This document shows, in pieces, positions 12,909-24,499 of a stretch of 64,000 nucleotides of DNA (its first letter is position 1; each line of letters starts with the position of its first letter). The stretch lies in contig NC_086108.1 in NCBI RefSeq assembly GCF_963921235.1, positions 23,560,001 to 23,624,000 of the forward strand. The letters are read 5' to 3'. The stretch is from Mobula hypostoma (taxonomy: Eukaryota). The translations under genes and the position numbers were made by a program. The notes beneath the pieces are model-generated. The model searched no databases, had not been told where the DNA came from, and saw only the letters and a list, made by a program, of their open reading frames with translations.

Positions 12909-13899
12909 CTGAAGTCACTTCTTTTTCATGTGAATGCTGAAAAAGAGAATTCATACCAAAGAGGATTCAACAAAATATTATTATTATGTTTCAGTTTACA
13001 AATTGAAATATTTTATAGATTCACTCTGTGAGCCACATTTGTTTTACTGATGACCAGTAAAATGTAAAAAAGGCAGGAACCATCTCCTTCCGACCTGTGT
13101 CCAGCGCCCCTGCATATCGTCAATGGCAGCACTAAGTTCAAAGTGTTGGGGGTTGCTCCTCTGCTGAAGTGAAGTATATATAATCCACTCTTCAGTGGAC
13201 TGCTGATGTAGAGCAATAATGCTTTGGCTCAAGCAGCTACACTGAGGTATCAAAAACCTGACTAAATAAAATAAGTTTATTATCACATCTACTGAAAAGG
13301 TTTTGTTTCGCATGTAGTGTCTTAGTACAAATAAACAATAATGGAATGGCAGCACTATTGGTAGAAAGAATTCCTGAGTGTAAGGTGAAAAGCAGTTTCA
13401 GGAATTATTAAGTCTTTCTTTGGTTTTCCAAGGCAAAAGAAACCAGGTTAAATCCAGAGCTAAGGCAGAGATTGTTGTATGATTCTTGGGGAACAAGGCC
13501 TATGGGATGTGCTAAGGTGAAGAATAACACATAGGGGGAATAAACAAGGGTCAGGAGTCAACCTCTGCTATTGGGGCTTCCAGTTAGTGGAGAGGGGTGG
13601 CTTTATTGCTGAGTTGGTAGGCAGTGGGCGTGGGGGTGAACTTTCAGAATGCCAGTTCAGCTTACATGTGCCCAGTGAGATTTCAGGAGTGGTGTGAGAG
13701 GATCTCAAGCCTTTCCACTATTGGAAACACCAAATGTAGTTCTGGTCTGGGAGTTTAACTAATCAGACTAAGGGGCAAGTTTAATGAAGCATCACAGGAA
13801 GCTAACCAGTTAGTTTGTACCACAGTTTCTTTCTGCTCTCTCAGTAAGATTAATTTGAGAAAACAAAACAAATTTTAGTTTTGTAATTTAAACCAAGTA

Positions 13900-14240
13900 G
13901 CAGTCCAGTGGCACAGCTGGTAGAACTGCTGCCTCACAGTCCATATGCCCGCTTTAATCCTGACCTTGGCTGTTTCGTGTGAGTAGAGTTTTCTTGTTCT
14001 CCTTGTGATTGCGTGTGTTCCCTCTGGATGCTCATCCCCAGTGTCGTGTGGGATGGCAGGTTAAATGTCCACTATCGATCGTCTTTAGTGTGTTGTTGAA
14101 TAGTAAAACATAGGGAGGTGGTTAGAGTTGCTGGCAATGTGGAGGGAATGAATGCGATTAGTGTAGTATTATTGTGAATGGGTACTTGATGGTTGATGTG
14201 AACTCAGTGGGCCGATATCTCCCGTTTCTGTGCTGTATGA
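13900..14240 (+). mobile_element. tRNA-derived V-SINE/HE1-like SINE
   Basis: tRNA-like head (gtggcacagctggtagaactgctgcctcacag), V-domain-like gagttt..tgttctcc.tgtga.tgcgtg, and a CR1-like tail (gaactcagtgggccga...tttctgtgctgtatga). Confidence 0.65.
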
Positions 14241-15081
14241 TACGCAAGTGAACCCATAAAACCAAAAGTAATTGCAGAAATAAATTTTGATTGGTTATAA
14301 TAAGAATAAGATGGGAGTCTCTGGATCTGAAGGTATGCAGGCCAGAGATAATTTTACAAAATGAAAGCATGACATAGCTCACAGTTTTCACTGAATGCAC
14401 ATTCTGCCCCATGTGGGAACTTCCGGTTGCTTGTCATTAAAGGCAGATATGTTCTTTCAGGCAGACTACAGGAAGCCAGAAAAAAATTACAAAGCAGCAC
14501 CTCAGAATTTGGTCTTCTGATTCTAACTCATCCTAGCCTTTTGGCAGTGACGAACTGTCCAGAGCAGGTGACTGGGCAGCAGAAAAGCTGGCATCCTAGA
14601 AGAAGAAAGCCTACCTTCTTATCAGCTGCACCTTCATTTGCACTTGACTTCTTCTATGTTCGGTTCTGAGGGTGGGGTATATTCAGGACAGAAATACCGC
14701 AACAGGGCTGTGGCCAACAGTCCAGAGGATACTGTGTGAATGGAGAGACTTGCTAGGACGGGGATGGAAAAGTGCAAATTGGGAGAAAACGTTTATAAAC
14801 TGAGGATGCAGATAGACAAGCAGCGCATGATAATGCTGTTCCTCTGTAAGCTCAGTATTTCTTCTTACAGAATTGCTCCTTAAAGAAAAAATTACAGCTG
14901 TGAGGAGTGTGGATCTCTTTGCAAGACCAACAAACAAGGCCATATGATTTCAACTGAAGAGCAAAAGCCTCACAGCAGTTAGAGCCCAGTCAGATGGACC
15001 AGTCTGGACTCTGAGTATATTCAGAAAGTCAAGTTGTAACTGTACAAAATTTTAGTTCTGTCACACTTGGAGTTCTGGTCA

Positions 15082-15790
15082 TAGTCACAGTCACAATCAT
15101 AGTCATACTTTATTGATCCCAAGGGAAATTGGGTTTTGTTACAGTTGCACCAACCAAGAATAGAGTATAGATATAGCAATATAAAACCATAAATAATTAA
15201 ATAATAATATGTAGCCAGGAAATAAGTCCAGGACCAGCCAATTGGCTCAGGGTGTCTGACCCTCCAAGGGAGGAGTTGTAAAGTTTGATGGCCACAGGCA
15301 GGAATGACTTCCTATGACGCTCAGTGCTGCATCTCGGTGGAATGAGTCTCTGGCTGAATGTACTCCTGTGCCCAACCAGTACATTATGTAGTGGATGGGA
15401 GACATTGACCAAGATGGCATGCAACTTTGACAGCATCCTCTTTTCAGACACCACCGCGAGAGAGTCCAGTTCCATCCCCACAACATCACTGGCCTTACGG
15501 ATGAGTTTGTTGATCCTGTTGGTGTCTGCTACCCTCAGCCTGTTGCCCCAGCACACAACAGCAAACATGATAGCACTGGCCACCACAGACTCGTAGAACA
15601 TCCTCAGCATCGTCCGGCAGATGTTAAAGGGCCTCAGTCTCCTCAGGAAATAGAGACGGCTCTGACCCTTCTTGTAGACAGCCTCAGTGTTCTTTGACCA
15701 GTCCAGTTTATTGTCAATTGGTATCCCCAGGTATCTGTAATCCTCCACCATGTCCACCCTGACCCCCTGGATGGAAACAGGGGATGTGGA
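15082..15790 (-). mobile_element. Young 5'-truncated Rex1/Babar LINE
   Basis: Intact 186-aa RT C-terminus at 15197-15757 (YRYLGIPIDNKLDWSKNT...KKGQSRLYFLRRLR...RKSFLPVAIKLYN). The 3' end has caataaag followed by a (TGACTA)-like tandem tail. Confidence 0.85.
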
Positions 15791-16044
15791 TCATCACCTT
15801 ACAGGAAGGATGTGGAGGCATTCAAGAAGGTGCAGAAATGATTCAGTTGGATGTTGCCTGGATTTGAAAGTATCAACATAAAGGATATGGACTGCTTTCT
15901 CTGAAGTGCTGGAAGCTGAGGGTCAACCTCATAAAAGTAAATAAAATAATGAGAAGATAATGTAGATAGACCGAATCTTTTCCCCACATAAATACCAGAG
16001 AGCATAGGTAAGGGGAGAAAGCTTAAAGAGAATAATGAGGCAAG

Positions 16045-16411
16045 TACCGCCAGCACCCAGGAAATGCCCTTTTCTCACTGTTACCACTAGGTAGGAGGTA
16101 CAGAAGCCTGAAGGCACACACTCAGCAATTCAGGAACGGCTTCTTCCCCTCTGCCATCCAATTGCTAAATGGACATTGAACCCTTGGACACTACCTCACT
16201 TTTTAAAAAATAGACAGTATTTCTTATTTTTGCACATATTTTAATCTATTCAATATACATGTACTGTTACTGATTTATGTATGTATGTATGTATTTATTT
16301 ATTATTTTATTTAATTATTTTTTCTCTTCTATATTATGTATTGCATTGAACTGCTGCTGCTAAGTTATCAAATTTCACGTCACATGCCGGTGATAATAAA
16401 CCTGATTCTGA
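16045..16411 (+). mobile_element. Rex1/Babar 3' end
   Basis: Contains aggaggtacagaagcctgaag...ttcttcccctctgccatc and a (TATG/TATT)n tract, ending gataataaacctgattctga, the same end as the element at ~44860. Confidence 0.75.
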
Positions 16412-17234
16412 CATAGGGCCTGGAACATGCTGCAAAGAGTGGTGGAAGAAGAAGATATGATAGGAATGTAAGAGGCATTTAAGAAGTTCCTGGACAGGCA
16501 GGGAATGGACGGATACACAGTACATGTACAGATTGAAATAATTATTTGGTATTAAGTTCAACTCAGACATTGTGGATTGAAGGGTCTCCTCCTGTGCTAT
16601 ACTGTACTGTTCTACATTCTAAGAACTAGTAGTTAGGCAAATTTCTGAGGAATTCAAATACAGTGAGGGGGATTTGACTAACGCTGGGACAGTAAGATTG
16701 AGAAAGGTAAGACAGCAAGGAAATCTGAAAATGGATGGAACAGGTTTCAGTGGGGAAAACATTTTGGCAGCATTGGTCAAAATCATATTGGATTCAGCAG
16801 AGCTATGGAAAGGGGACAAACATAGACAAAGAAGTAAAATTTACAATTGCAGAAATGTTCTTTTTATCCAGCTATTTAAATATGATCAGGAAAAAAACTT
16901 TAAAAATTTACTAGAAAAAGCTATTTACATTCAAACCATATGTAAAATCATTTAAAGTAAGGGGAAGGACATAGACTCTGATAACTTGTGTGTGAAGGAA
17001 GCAAACACAGGCATGTTTTTAAGCGAATGCTTTGCATTTGCCCTCATTGAAGATAAACAACACATTGGAGATAAGGATGTTGACTGTGAAATATTAGATT
17101 TGATGAAAAGAACAATATAATAAAAGAAGATAAGTCACTATGTGTTGACACAATGTACTCTGCATAGTTGAAGAAATAAGGAACAATATGAACTACGGTA
17201 AGTTTGCACGTACATACAAGGAAATAAGAACTGT

Positions 17235-17708
17235 TGAAAAGGTTTACCAGGACGCTGCCTGGATTAGAGGGTTTGAACTAGAAGGAAATGTTGGATTAAC
17301 TTGGGTTTGTTCTCCTTCCTGTGTAGGAGGCGAAGGAGAGTCTGGATAGGTTTTTAAAATTATGAAAGGCATAGATAGGGTAGACAGTGAGAATCTGTTC
17401 CCCAGAGTAGGAATGCCAAACACCAGATAACATGCTTTTAAGGTTAGAGGTGGGAAGTTTAAAAGCAATGTGAGGGGCAAGTTTTATTTTAGTGTAGAGA
17501 GTGCTAAGAGCTTGTAATGGGTTACCACGGTTAGGAGTGGAAATGGGTAGATTTGTGGAGTTTAAGAAGCTTCGAGATATGCGAGTGAATATAAAGGGAA
17601 GGGAGGGATAAGGGTTATAAGCAGGAGGACATCTAGTATAAATCGGCATCAAGATCAGTACAACATTATGGACTAAATGGCTTGTCCAGTACTGTACAGT
17701 TCTATGTC
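17235..17708 (+). mobile_element. Old CR1 3' fragment
   Basis: Degenerate tttaccagga.gctgcctgga...aaggttagaggtgggaagtttaa...tactgtacagttctatg. Confidence 0.7.
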
Positions 17709-19359
17709 TACAGTATGTGAGAACAGGAATTTATTGTAAGGGAAATGGCTCTCTCGGGAAGGATCCCAGTCAAGGGTCCTGCCACCACTGAATACTGAGG
17801 GATTGGGTCATGTATAGCAGTTTCCCAAGCTCTTTGTGGGTGTATTGTTGAAAGAGTAAACATGAGTGTTATTGAACGTCATAATTTGATAGAATATGGG
17901 AATAGGAAGAAAAAATATAGAGTGTTCTATTTCCAAAACATCCTGTTTTATGAATAGAGTCTAGTTTTGAAATTAAAAGAGAGAGGAGCACAAAAGAAAG
18001 GTGGTTTTGGGACACCTGCGGGGTGCATAGGTGAGACCACTCATACAGTACTGAGCACAGCTTGATTCTTAGAAAGGGCTGTTTTATTTAAAGAGGTAGG
18101 ATCTAACTACTGGAGATTAGGAAAAAGATTCCGGTCAGGCTTGACTAAACAGGTGCAAAGAAAGAGAACCCGAGGGCAGTGCTGGAACGCTGCTGACACT
18201 GTACCACTATTTAACCCCAGAACAGTGTAGTTAGAGCAGGTTCAATCCTGACCTGCGGTGCTCCCTGTGTGGAGTTTGTACATTCTCACTGTGACTGCAA
18301 GGCCTTCTGGTCTCCTTCCAAATGCCGATTACTTTCTCCCAGTGTACATACATAATGGGCAAATCATATGGGGAGGGGATGGAGAGTGGTTAATTGGGAT
18401 GGGGGAGACACAAGGTTACAAGGAAGTAAGTGAGGAATGGGATTTCTCAAGACTCAATGAGCTAACTGGCGTCCTACCAAAATATTACTTAGTCAGAAAT
18501 GAGAATTTCAGCCATTTCGACTAACACCTCTAGTGAATTATTTAAGGAAAGCACGTTTGAGAAGCACCATTCAACATTTTTGGGGACATATCAAGGTAGG
18601 TTAATACAGGTGAGGTAATTAGTGAGCTTACATTGATATTTGCATAAGGCAATGGTTAGGACTGATCGTGGCTTCAAAGATCAGGACATCTAATCAAAAT
18701 CTAAGCCAAAATGTACACACAGACTGAACGATGAGTTCCAAGAATGAACTTGTGACAGTTCCCTTGCGTGATACATAATGTACTCAATTGGACATCAAGG
18801 TATTTTAGATGGAGTCTTGAGCACTGATTCATGATTTGCTGATAATCTCACTTGGGAAGAGTGATAACCATAATGATGAAACTCCAGGATGAGCTTGAAA
18901 GTGAGAGACTCTACTCTACTTTCAAATTGTTTTCCTTAGTGGTAGTTGGCCTCTGGCTTGTTAGTATCATCATTCTTTTTTTTCATGAAAACAGAAATCT
19001 GTACTTCATGAAGATCTAGCAATATGATCAGCTTGTTCAACTTCACCACTAAGGTATACTTTTCAAATAACTTTGCCAAGTCAAATATTGAGCCTGGTTT
19101 TGATGAATTTTGAATCATTACCAGGTGTGAGAAACACCTGGATCAGAGACTTTTGAAATTGCTTGCAGAAATTCCATTAATTTTACAGAAGGTGAATTTC
19201 ACGGTCACATTACTTCATTTTGGGGATGTCCCATAAAAGCTTCTGCTCCATTTGTGTGTGTTGTAATTGTTAACTTTGGGTTGATCTAGAGAGCTGTACA
19301 CTGCTTATTTTGAACACACCTTATTTTGAAATGCACAAATAAACACTGGTTGAAACAGA

Positions 19360-19447
19360 AACTCAAGAGATCCTACAGATGCTGGAGATCCAAAGCAACA
19401 CAAACAAAATGCTGGAGTAACTCAGCAGGTCAGGCAGCATCTATGGA
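19360..19447 (-). mobile_element. Penelope terminal-repeat fragment
   Basis: The sequence cagatgctgga...caaaatgctggagtaactcagcaggtcaggcagcatctatgga is shared with the 3' end of the Penelope at 47422-47480. Confidence 0.65.
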
Positions 19448-21232
19448 AATAGAACATAGAATAGTACAGCACAGTAGCTTGGTGAACACTATGGGCCAAT
19501 GAGAATAGCTTGGAGAACACTATGATCAGGGTAGACTGCTGGACTGAAGGGCCTGTTGCAACGCCATTTTGCTCTGTGACTCTATAAAAGCAACATAACT
19601 TGTGAACATGTACAAAACATTTAAAGATTATGGGGCCAAAATCTTTCAAGAGCCATTGAAGTTTGGAGCAGGAAATCATGGGCTGAACTTGATGCTGACA
19701 CTTCAGTGATTTTTAAAAATTAATCTTTTTATAACAGTTCAGTGATCTTGTGTGCAAACGTTGAGATGCTCTTGGCATCAGTGAACATAGCTCATTTGAC
19801 CTGTCAAAGGAAACTTCCACCTTGTGCCTGAGGTTCAATTTAAGCCAGATTTAAGCTGCAAATCATCCTTCCTCAACTTTCTCTCTCCATTAGTACAGCC
19901 TGTTCTGCTGAGTATGTCCCAGCAACATTCAACACAGACAAAAAAGTGTGGTTGTTGCCTAACTTCCAATTATCCAATTTGATCTGATCTTACCCTGTAC
20001 AGTAAATCTCTCTGTCCTGTCCATCCCTTCATCTGCCTCCTCTGCAAATTAAAACTAACTACTTTTCCTCATTTTCCCAGATCTGATGTAAGTTCTTCCA
20101 CCTGAAATGTTAACTTTGTTTCTCCTATCATTTTGCAGACTTTCTACTGAGCGGTTCCAGTATCTTTTTGTTTTTGTTTCAGAATTTCAGCATCTGCAAG
20201 AACAAGGTCAGTAAATTCAATGGCACATCAACATGTCTAAGTCACACAGCATTCTGATTTGAAATTAGCTCACCACTCCTTAACAAATGCCATGTCTAAA
20301 TTGCTAATTTTTTCATCTAACAGAGCTGTGGAAGTTCCTTTATTTTATCGACTGCAAAGGTCCAAGGAGAAATCCACCAGAACTCAGGGCAATTAGGGAT
20401 ATTAATGTCTTGGTGTCAGCCCATAATTGATAAATAACTTTAAAGTTCATGTTTCCCATTCTTCACCCCATAAAAACATTTTCATAGGTTTGCTAGGATT
20501 ATCATATGTTTAGCTTGAACTTCAACAGGGAAACCTAAAGACATCGGAGATCAACCACAGTGACAGTGAAATCTCAAGTGTGGGGGCTTCTCTTATTTTC
20601 TGTCTCAGCGTTGAATTGTCAGTGATTACCACACTGAAGTCACCATTTTCTGGACATGAAATTCCTGTTGAGAGCCACTTGAAAAGTGGCAACCCACCTC
20701 GTACCACACCTGGTGTCCTCTTGAGGGAAATTTGTTCCACCCCATTGGGATTGTATTTTGAATACCATTGGAAGGTTGAAACTGCACCAGTAATTAAAAG
20801 CAAACTCCATGGTTAAGAGTACCCTACTGAGGAATGTAGTCTGCAAAGAAAAGTAAGAACCAAATGATTTACAGCTAATTAGTTCTGTTCAATAGTAAAT
20901 TCATTCTCAGAAATAATTTCAGTTCTTTATAATTTTAAAATAATCAGTGAATGGCCTTTCCTAATTACATAGACTAACAATCATAGTCAATCATGCATTT
21001 GTATAATTTCATCCCTGTGCTAGTCTATCATTTCATTAGTCTGTTCTCCCTGTGAATAAGTTTTTATTCTTGTAAGAGAAGGTAATGTTGAACTCTGAGC
21101 ACCGTGAATTATTATTGCATCACTATTGCCTCTAGGCATTATGAACCAGATTACCACAGCTTGAAATTGCCCCTGAACATGCCTGGAGCAATAAAGGTGA
21201 GTCTATCTTGTTAATAGTTGAAGTGGATGTAC

Positions 21233-21416
21233 CTTGGTCCCAACTCATCTTCGCAGCGCCAAGTAAATTCTCCAAAGTGCTCATAGTCCTGATTGTAGTG
21301 GTAATAGACTCGGTGTAGAGTAGACGAGCCCAGATCCATCAGCGTATTGTATGCAGTTTGTTGTTCCTTTCCACTTGTATAACCATTGAATAAGTTATAG
21401 ATTTTGTCGGCAATTT
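21233..21416 (-). CDS. ASTN1: Astrotactin-1, penultimate coding exon (184 bp)
   Basis: ttccacag|AA ATT GCC ... GGA CCA AG|gtac translates to (E)[60 protein letters not shown](R). Phases join both neighbouring exons (G|AA=E, AG|G=R). Confidence 0.96.
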
Positions 21417-22069
21417 CTGTGGAAGAAACTAAAGTAAATTAGTTTTTACTTTTTAGCCAGTTCAGGCAAACATTGTGGGCTGAATAGCCTGTTGCTGTGA
21501 TGTACTGTTCTGTGTTCTGTGTTCAGTGTTTAAAGGGGAGATGAAGAACTCAAAATCTCTTCAACATGTTAGTAAATGTCACGAAGCCCAAGTCTGACCA
21601 CAAAGTAAATGGAATAAAACAACAATTAATGTTTCAAATAAGTTTAATAGATTTGATGATATTGATTGGAAGTGTTCTTTCAAGTGGGGGTGTTTTGGGT
21701 AAGGGAGGATAATTCAGACATTAGGGTGATAACAGGAGGGGCAGAGCTAGATTTTACATAAAAACAGAGATTGTGAGGAATATCCAACAGGTTGGTCAGT
21801 GCTTGTGGGAGCAATACAGAATTAGTGTTTTAATATAATCTATAATGTCTATAATATCATCAGCACTGAAAATTCAGAGAAAATATTTTAAGTTGCACAG
21901 AGAGGGAGAGGAAGAGAGAGCAAGGGGATAGCTTATGATAAAGTGGAGCTCAAGGTTGTCCAGGTAACACAAATAATTTCAGTGCCATCTAGGAGAGAGA
22001 TCTGTCTGTGCAATTGGAGGAAGATGAAAAAAGGTAGTTAGAAACATACAGACTATGTTGGGACTGAGA

Positions 22070-23290
22070 GATGTAGATTACTGAAATCTGAAGTAAAAGA
22101 ATACTGGAAATATTCAGAGGGCCAGGTGGATTCTGTAGACAGTAAAAATTAGAGTTAACATTTCAGGTGGATAAGCTTATATCAGAAATGATAAGTTCTT
22201 AAAAAAAGCAGGAAAGACTGGTTACCTGACATTCATGAATTCAATAGAGTCCTGAGGACTGTAATGTGCTGAGACAGAAGATGAGACCCTGTTTCTCAGG
22301 TTCACACTGGGCTCTGTGCAACAGCGCAGGAAGTTAAAGGTAATGGCTGGAGTGAAAATTGAATTGGAAGCTCAGGCCCATAATAACGGACTGAAAAGAA
22401 GTCTTCTACAAAGTGTTACCTATTAATCGTCTGCTAGGTGCAGCGAAGGAACATGTGATGATCATTGTCTGCACTGCACAAAACTGGGAGAAGAGAAATT
22501 GAAGTTCTGTTTCTTCTCGAAGAATGGCTGGGAGACCCTGGAAGATGGTGAGATCCAGGAGCAGATGCTGTATCTTCTGGAGTTGCAAAGAAAAGTGCTA
22601 TGAGAAGTGGAGATGGAAGCAGGAAGCAGGCAATTATTGAGGAAATCATCCCTTTGGAATGCTAAAAGGGAAGTGGAGGGTAAGATTTGTCTAGTGATGG
22701 AACTTCATTGAAGTTAAAAATTACAGAGGTTAGGCTTAATACAGGGAATTGCAAGCTACCTGTATAACCTTTGGAACAATTTTGGACTTTGGCACACTTG
22801 CCTTGTTTCACTGGAAGGCTCCAATATGCTACAAGCACAAGATTTTGTATGGGTAAAATACAGTAGAATTTTTCTTCACAAACTTTCATATTCGTGGAAG
22901 TGGTGGAGGAAATGAGCTGGAGAAAAGATCATCTAAGAGGAGAACACCTTTGAGTGTTTAGTGGGTCTTAGTAGGTAGATAATAAAGTGACTGAGACAGA
23001 TGACAGACAGAGCTTGAAAAGCTGATGGTGGGGACGATCATGGTGGTGGGGTGGTCAGGAATGAGTTGGTGAGATTGGGTGCCTCAACAGCTGCTAGTAA
23101 AAGGATGGGGTAGTTGGGACGACTGGTCATGATAGGGCATTGACAGAAGGGCTGTAGGGCTGATAATGGATTGATGATGCATGGAGACATTGGCACTGTT
23201 AGTATGAGTGGTGTTAATTTGCAATGACTGTAAATTAGATATAGGACCTGGATGGCGATAGGTTCCTTGCTTTCATGCAATGGCCCAGGC
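22070..23290 (-). mobile_element. Old degraded Penelope-like element
   Basis: Remnant of the endonuclease C-terminus (EKQGLIFCLSTLQSSGL, ~22240-22300, cf. EEQNVIYHLGSLQPLGM at 47781+). Followed by a decayed hammerhead-like CTGAT...GAAATGTT and the terminal repeat. Confidence 0.55.
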
Positions 23291-23474
23291 ATGTTGGAGC
23301 ACTTAAATAATTTAAAAGCAAGTCTCAAATCTTTATTTCTGACCTCGATATTTGCACAAGCCTGGTGCCTGCTGTATGTTTTTGCACAGGTCACAAATTC
23401 AAACATTGCACTTCCTCTGACATCTCTGCACATGTCCAGGTGATGCATCACATACACAAAACTGCAAGCAACAG

Positions 23475-23728
23475 GAATTCTGCAGATGCTGGAAATTCAA
23501 GCAACACACATCAAAGTTGATCACCTGTCCAGCTGTTGGCTCCATCCTTCCCCCTCCTGTCTTCTCCTATCATTTTGGATCTCCCCCTCCCCCTCCCACT
23601 TTCAAATCTCTTACAAGCTCTTTTTTCAGTTAGTCCTGACAAAGAGTCTCGGCCTGAAACGTCGACTGTACCTCTTCCTAGAGATGCTGCCTGGCCTGCT
23701 GCGTTCACCAGCAACTCTGATGTGTGTT
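23475..23728 (+). mobile_element. Penelope terminal-repeat insertion with inverted end and mutated hammerhead
   Basis: Flanked by a 19-bp direct repeat acaaaactgcaagcaacag (23456-23474 / 23729-23747). Hammerhead-like agtcCTGACAAagagtctcggcctGAAACGTCgact at 23632-23667. Confidence 0.8.
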
Positions 23729-24499
23729 ACAAAACTGCAAGCAACAGTTTTAGGTGAAAACCTTCCTGCTCTAAATTGAGAATGAAACTGGAAACCCAGA
23801 TTGTTGGGCACCCCTAGAACACAGTGCCACTTCAGAGCAGCAGTGAGTATACCACTCTTGGGTGCCAGCCCAGATGTTGTAGCCAAGCCTCTGATGCGGG
23901 TTTGATCTACAAATACCTTACAAGTGTGCAAATCTCTGAGTCACAGTGGAAGTGCTTTGGACCGATCATTGGCAGGATCGTGAATGCTGATACATACACA
24001 AAAAAAAATCTGTTCCAAGCAGTTGCGACAACAAAGATAACAAATAACTAAGCAATGCATTAAAAGCTGCAATTACTGGCAGTAAGGATCAGCAGAGCAC
24101 AATGCAGAGGTTAAATCCACTGAATGAGATGCTTCTTCTTTGGACCAGATGGCAGATTTTTAGAGTTAGACAATAATTTTTTGCACTACATATTTTTTTC
24201 TGAGTTAGAGGGAAGTGTTTTGGGGTTAGTGGACAGTGCTTTCGGTTACAGAACAGATCTTTTCATCTGAAGGGTGTTCAGCATTCACAGAAATCCATCT
24301 CTATGAGAAAGAGTCTAAAAATCATACCAGTGAGAAAACTATTCCCCTTTACAGGATTCTACTGACAGAAGTCTGCATTCATTGTGATATATTGAAAGCA
24401 GTGACAGGAGCGTAATGTGTTTTAAATTTGGAGGCTGAACCTGGAGGCAAACTTTGCCAGATGGAAGCTGTGGCCAAGAAGCTTCTTTTTGAAGTCCAC

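Larger units (their letters stand above)
15035..16620 (+). mobile_element. Degraded CR1 3' part interrupted by two Rex1/Babar fragments
   Basis: CR1 text cacttggag..ttctggtca resumes at ~15793 (tcaccttacaggaaggatgtggaggc) and again at ~16415, ending gctatactgtactgttctacattct. Confidence 0.7.

Noticed and set aside
13900..13975. tRNA gene
   Set aside because: Decayed tRNA-derived SINE head without a complete cloverleaf.
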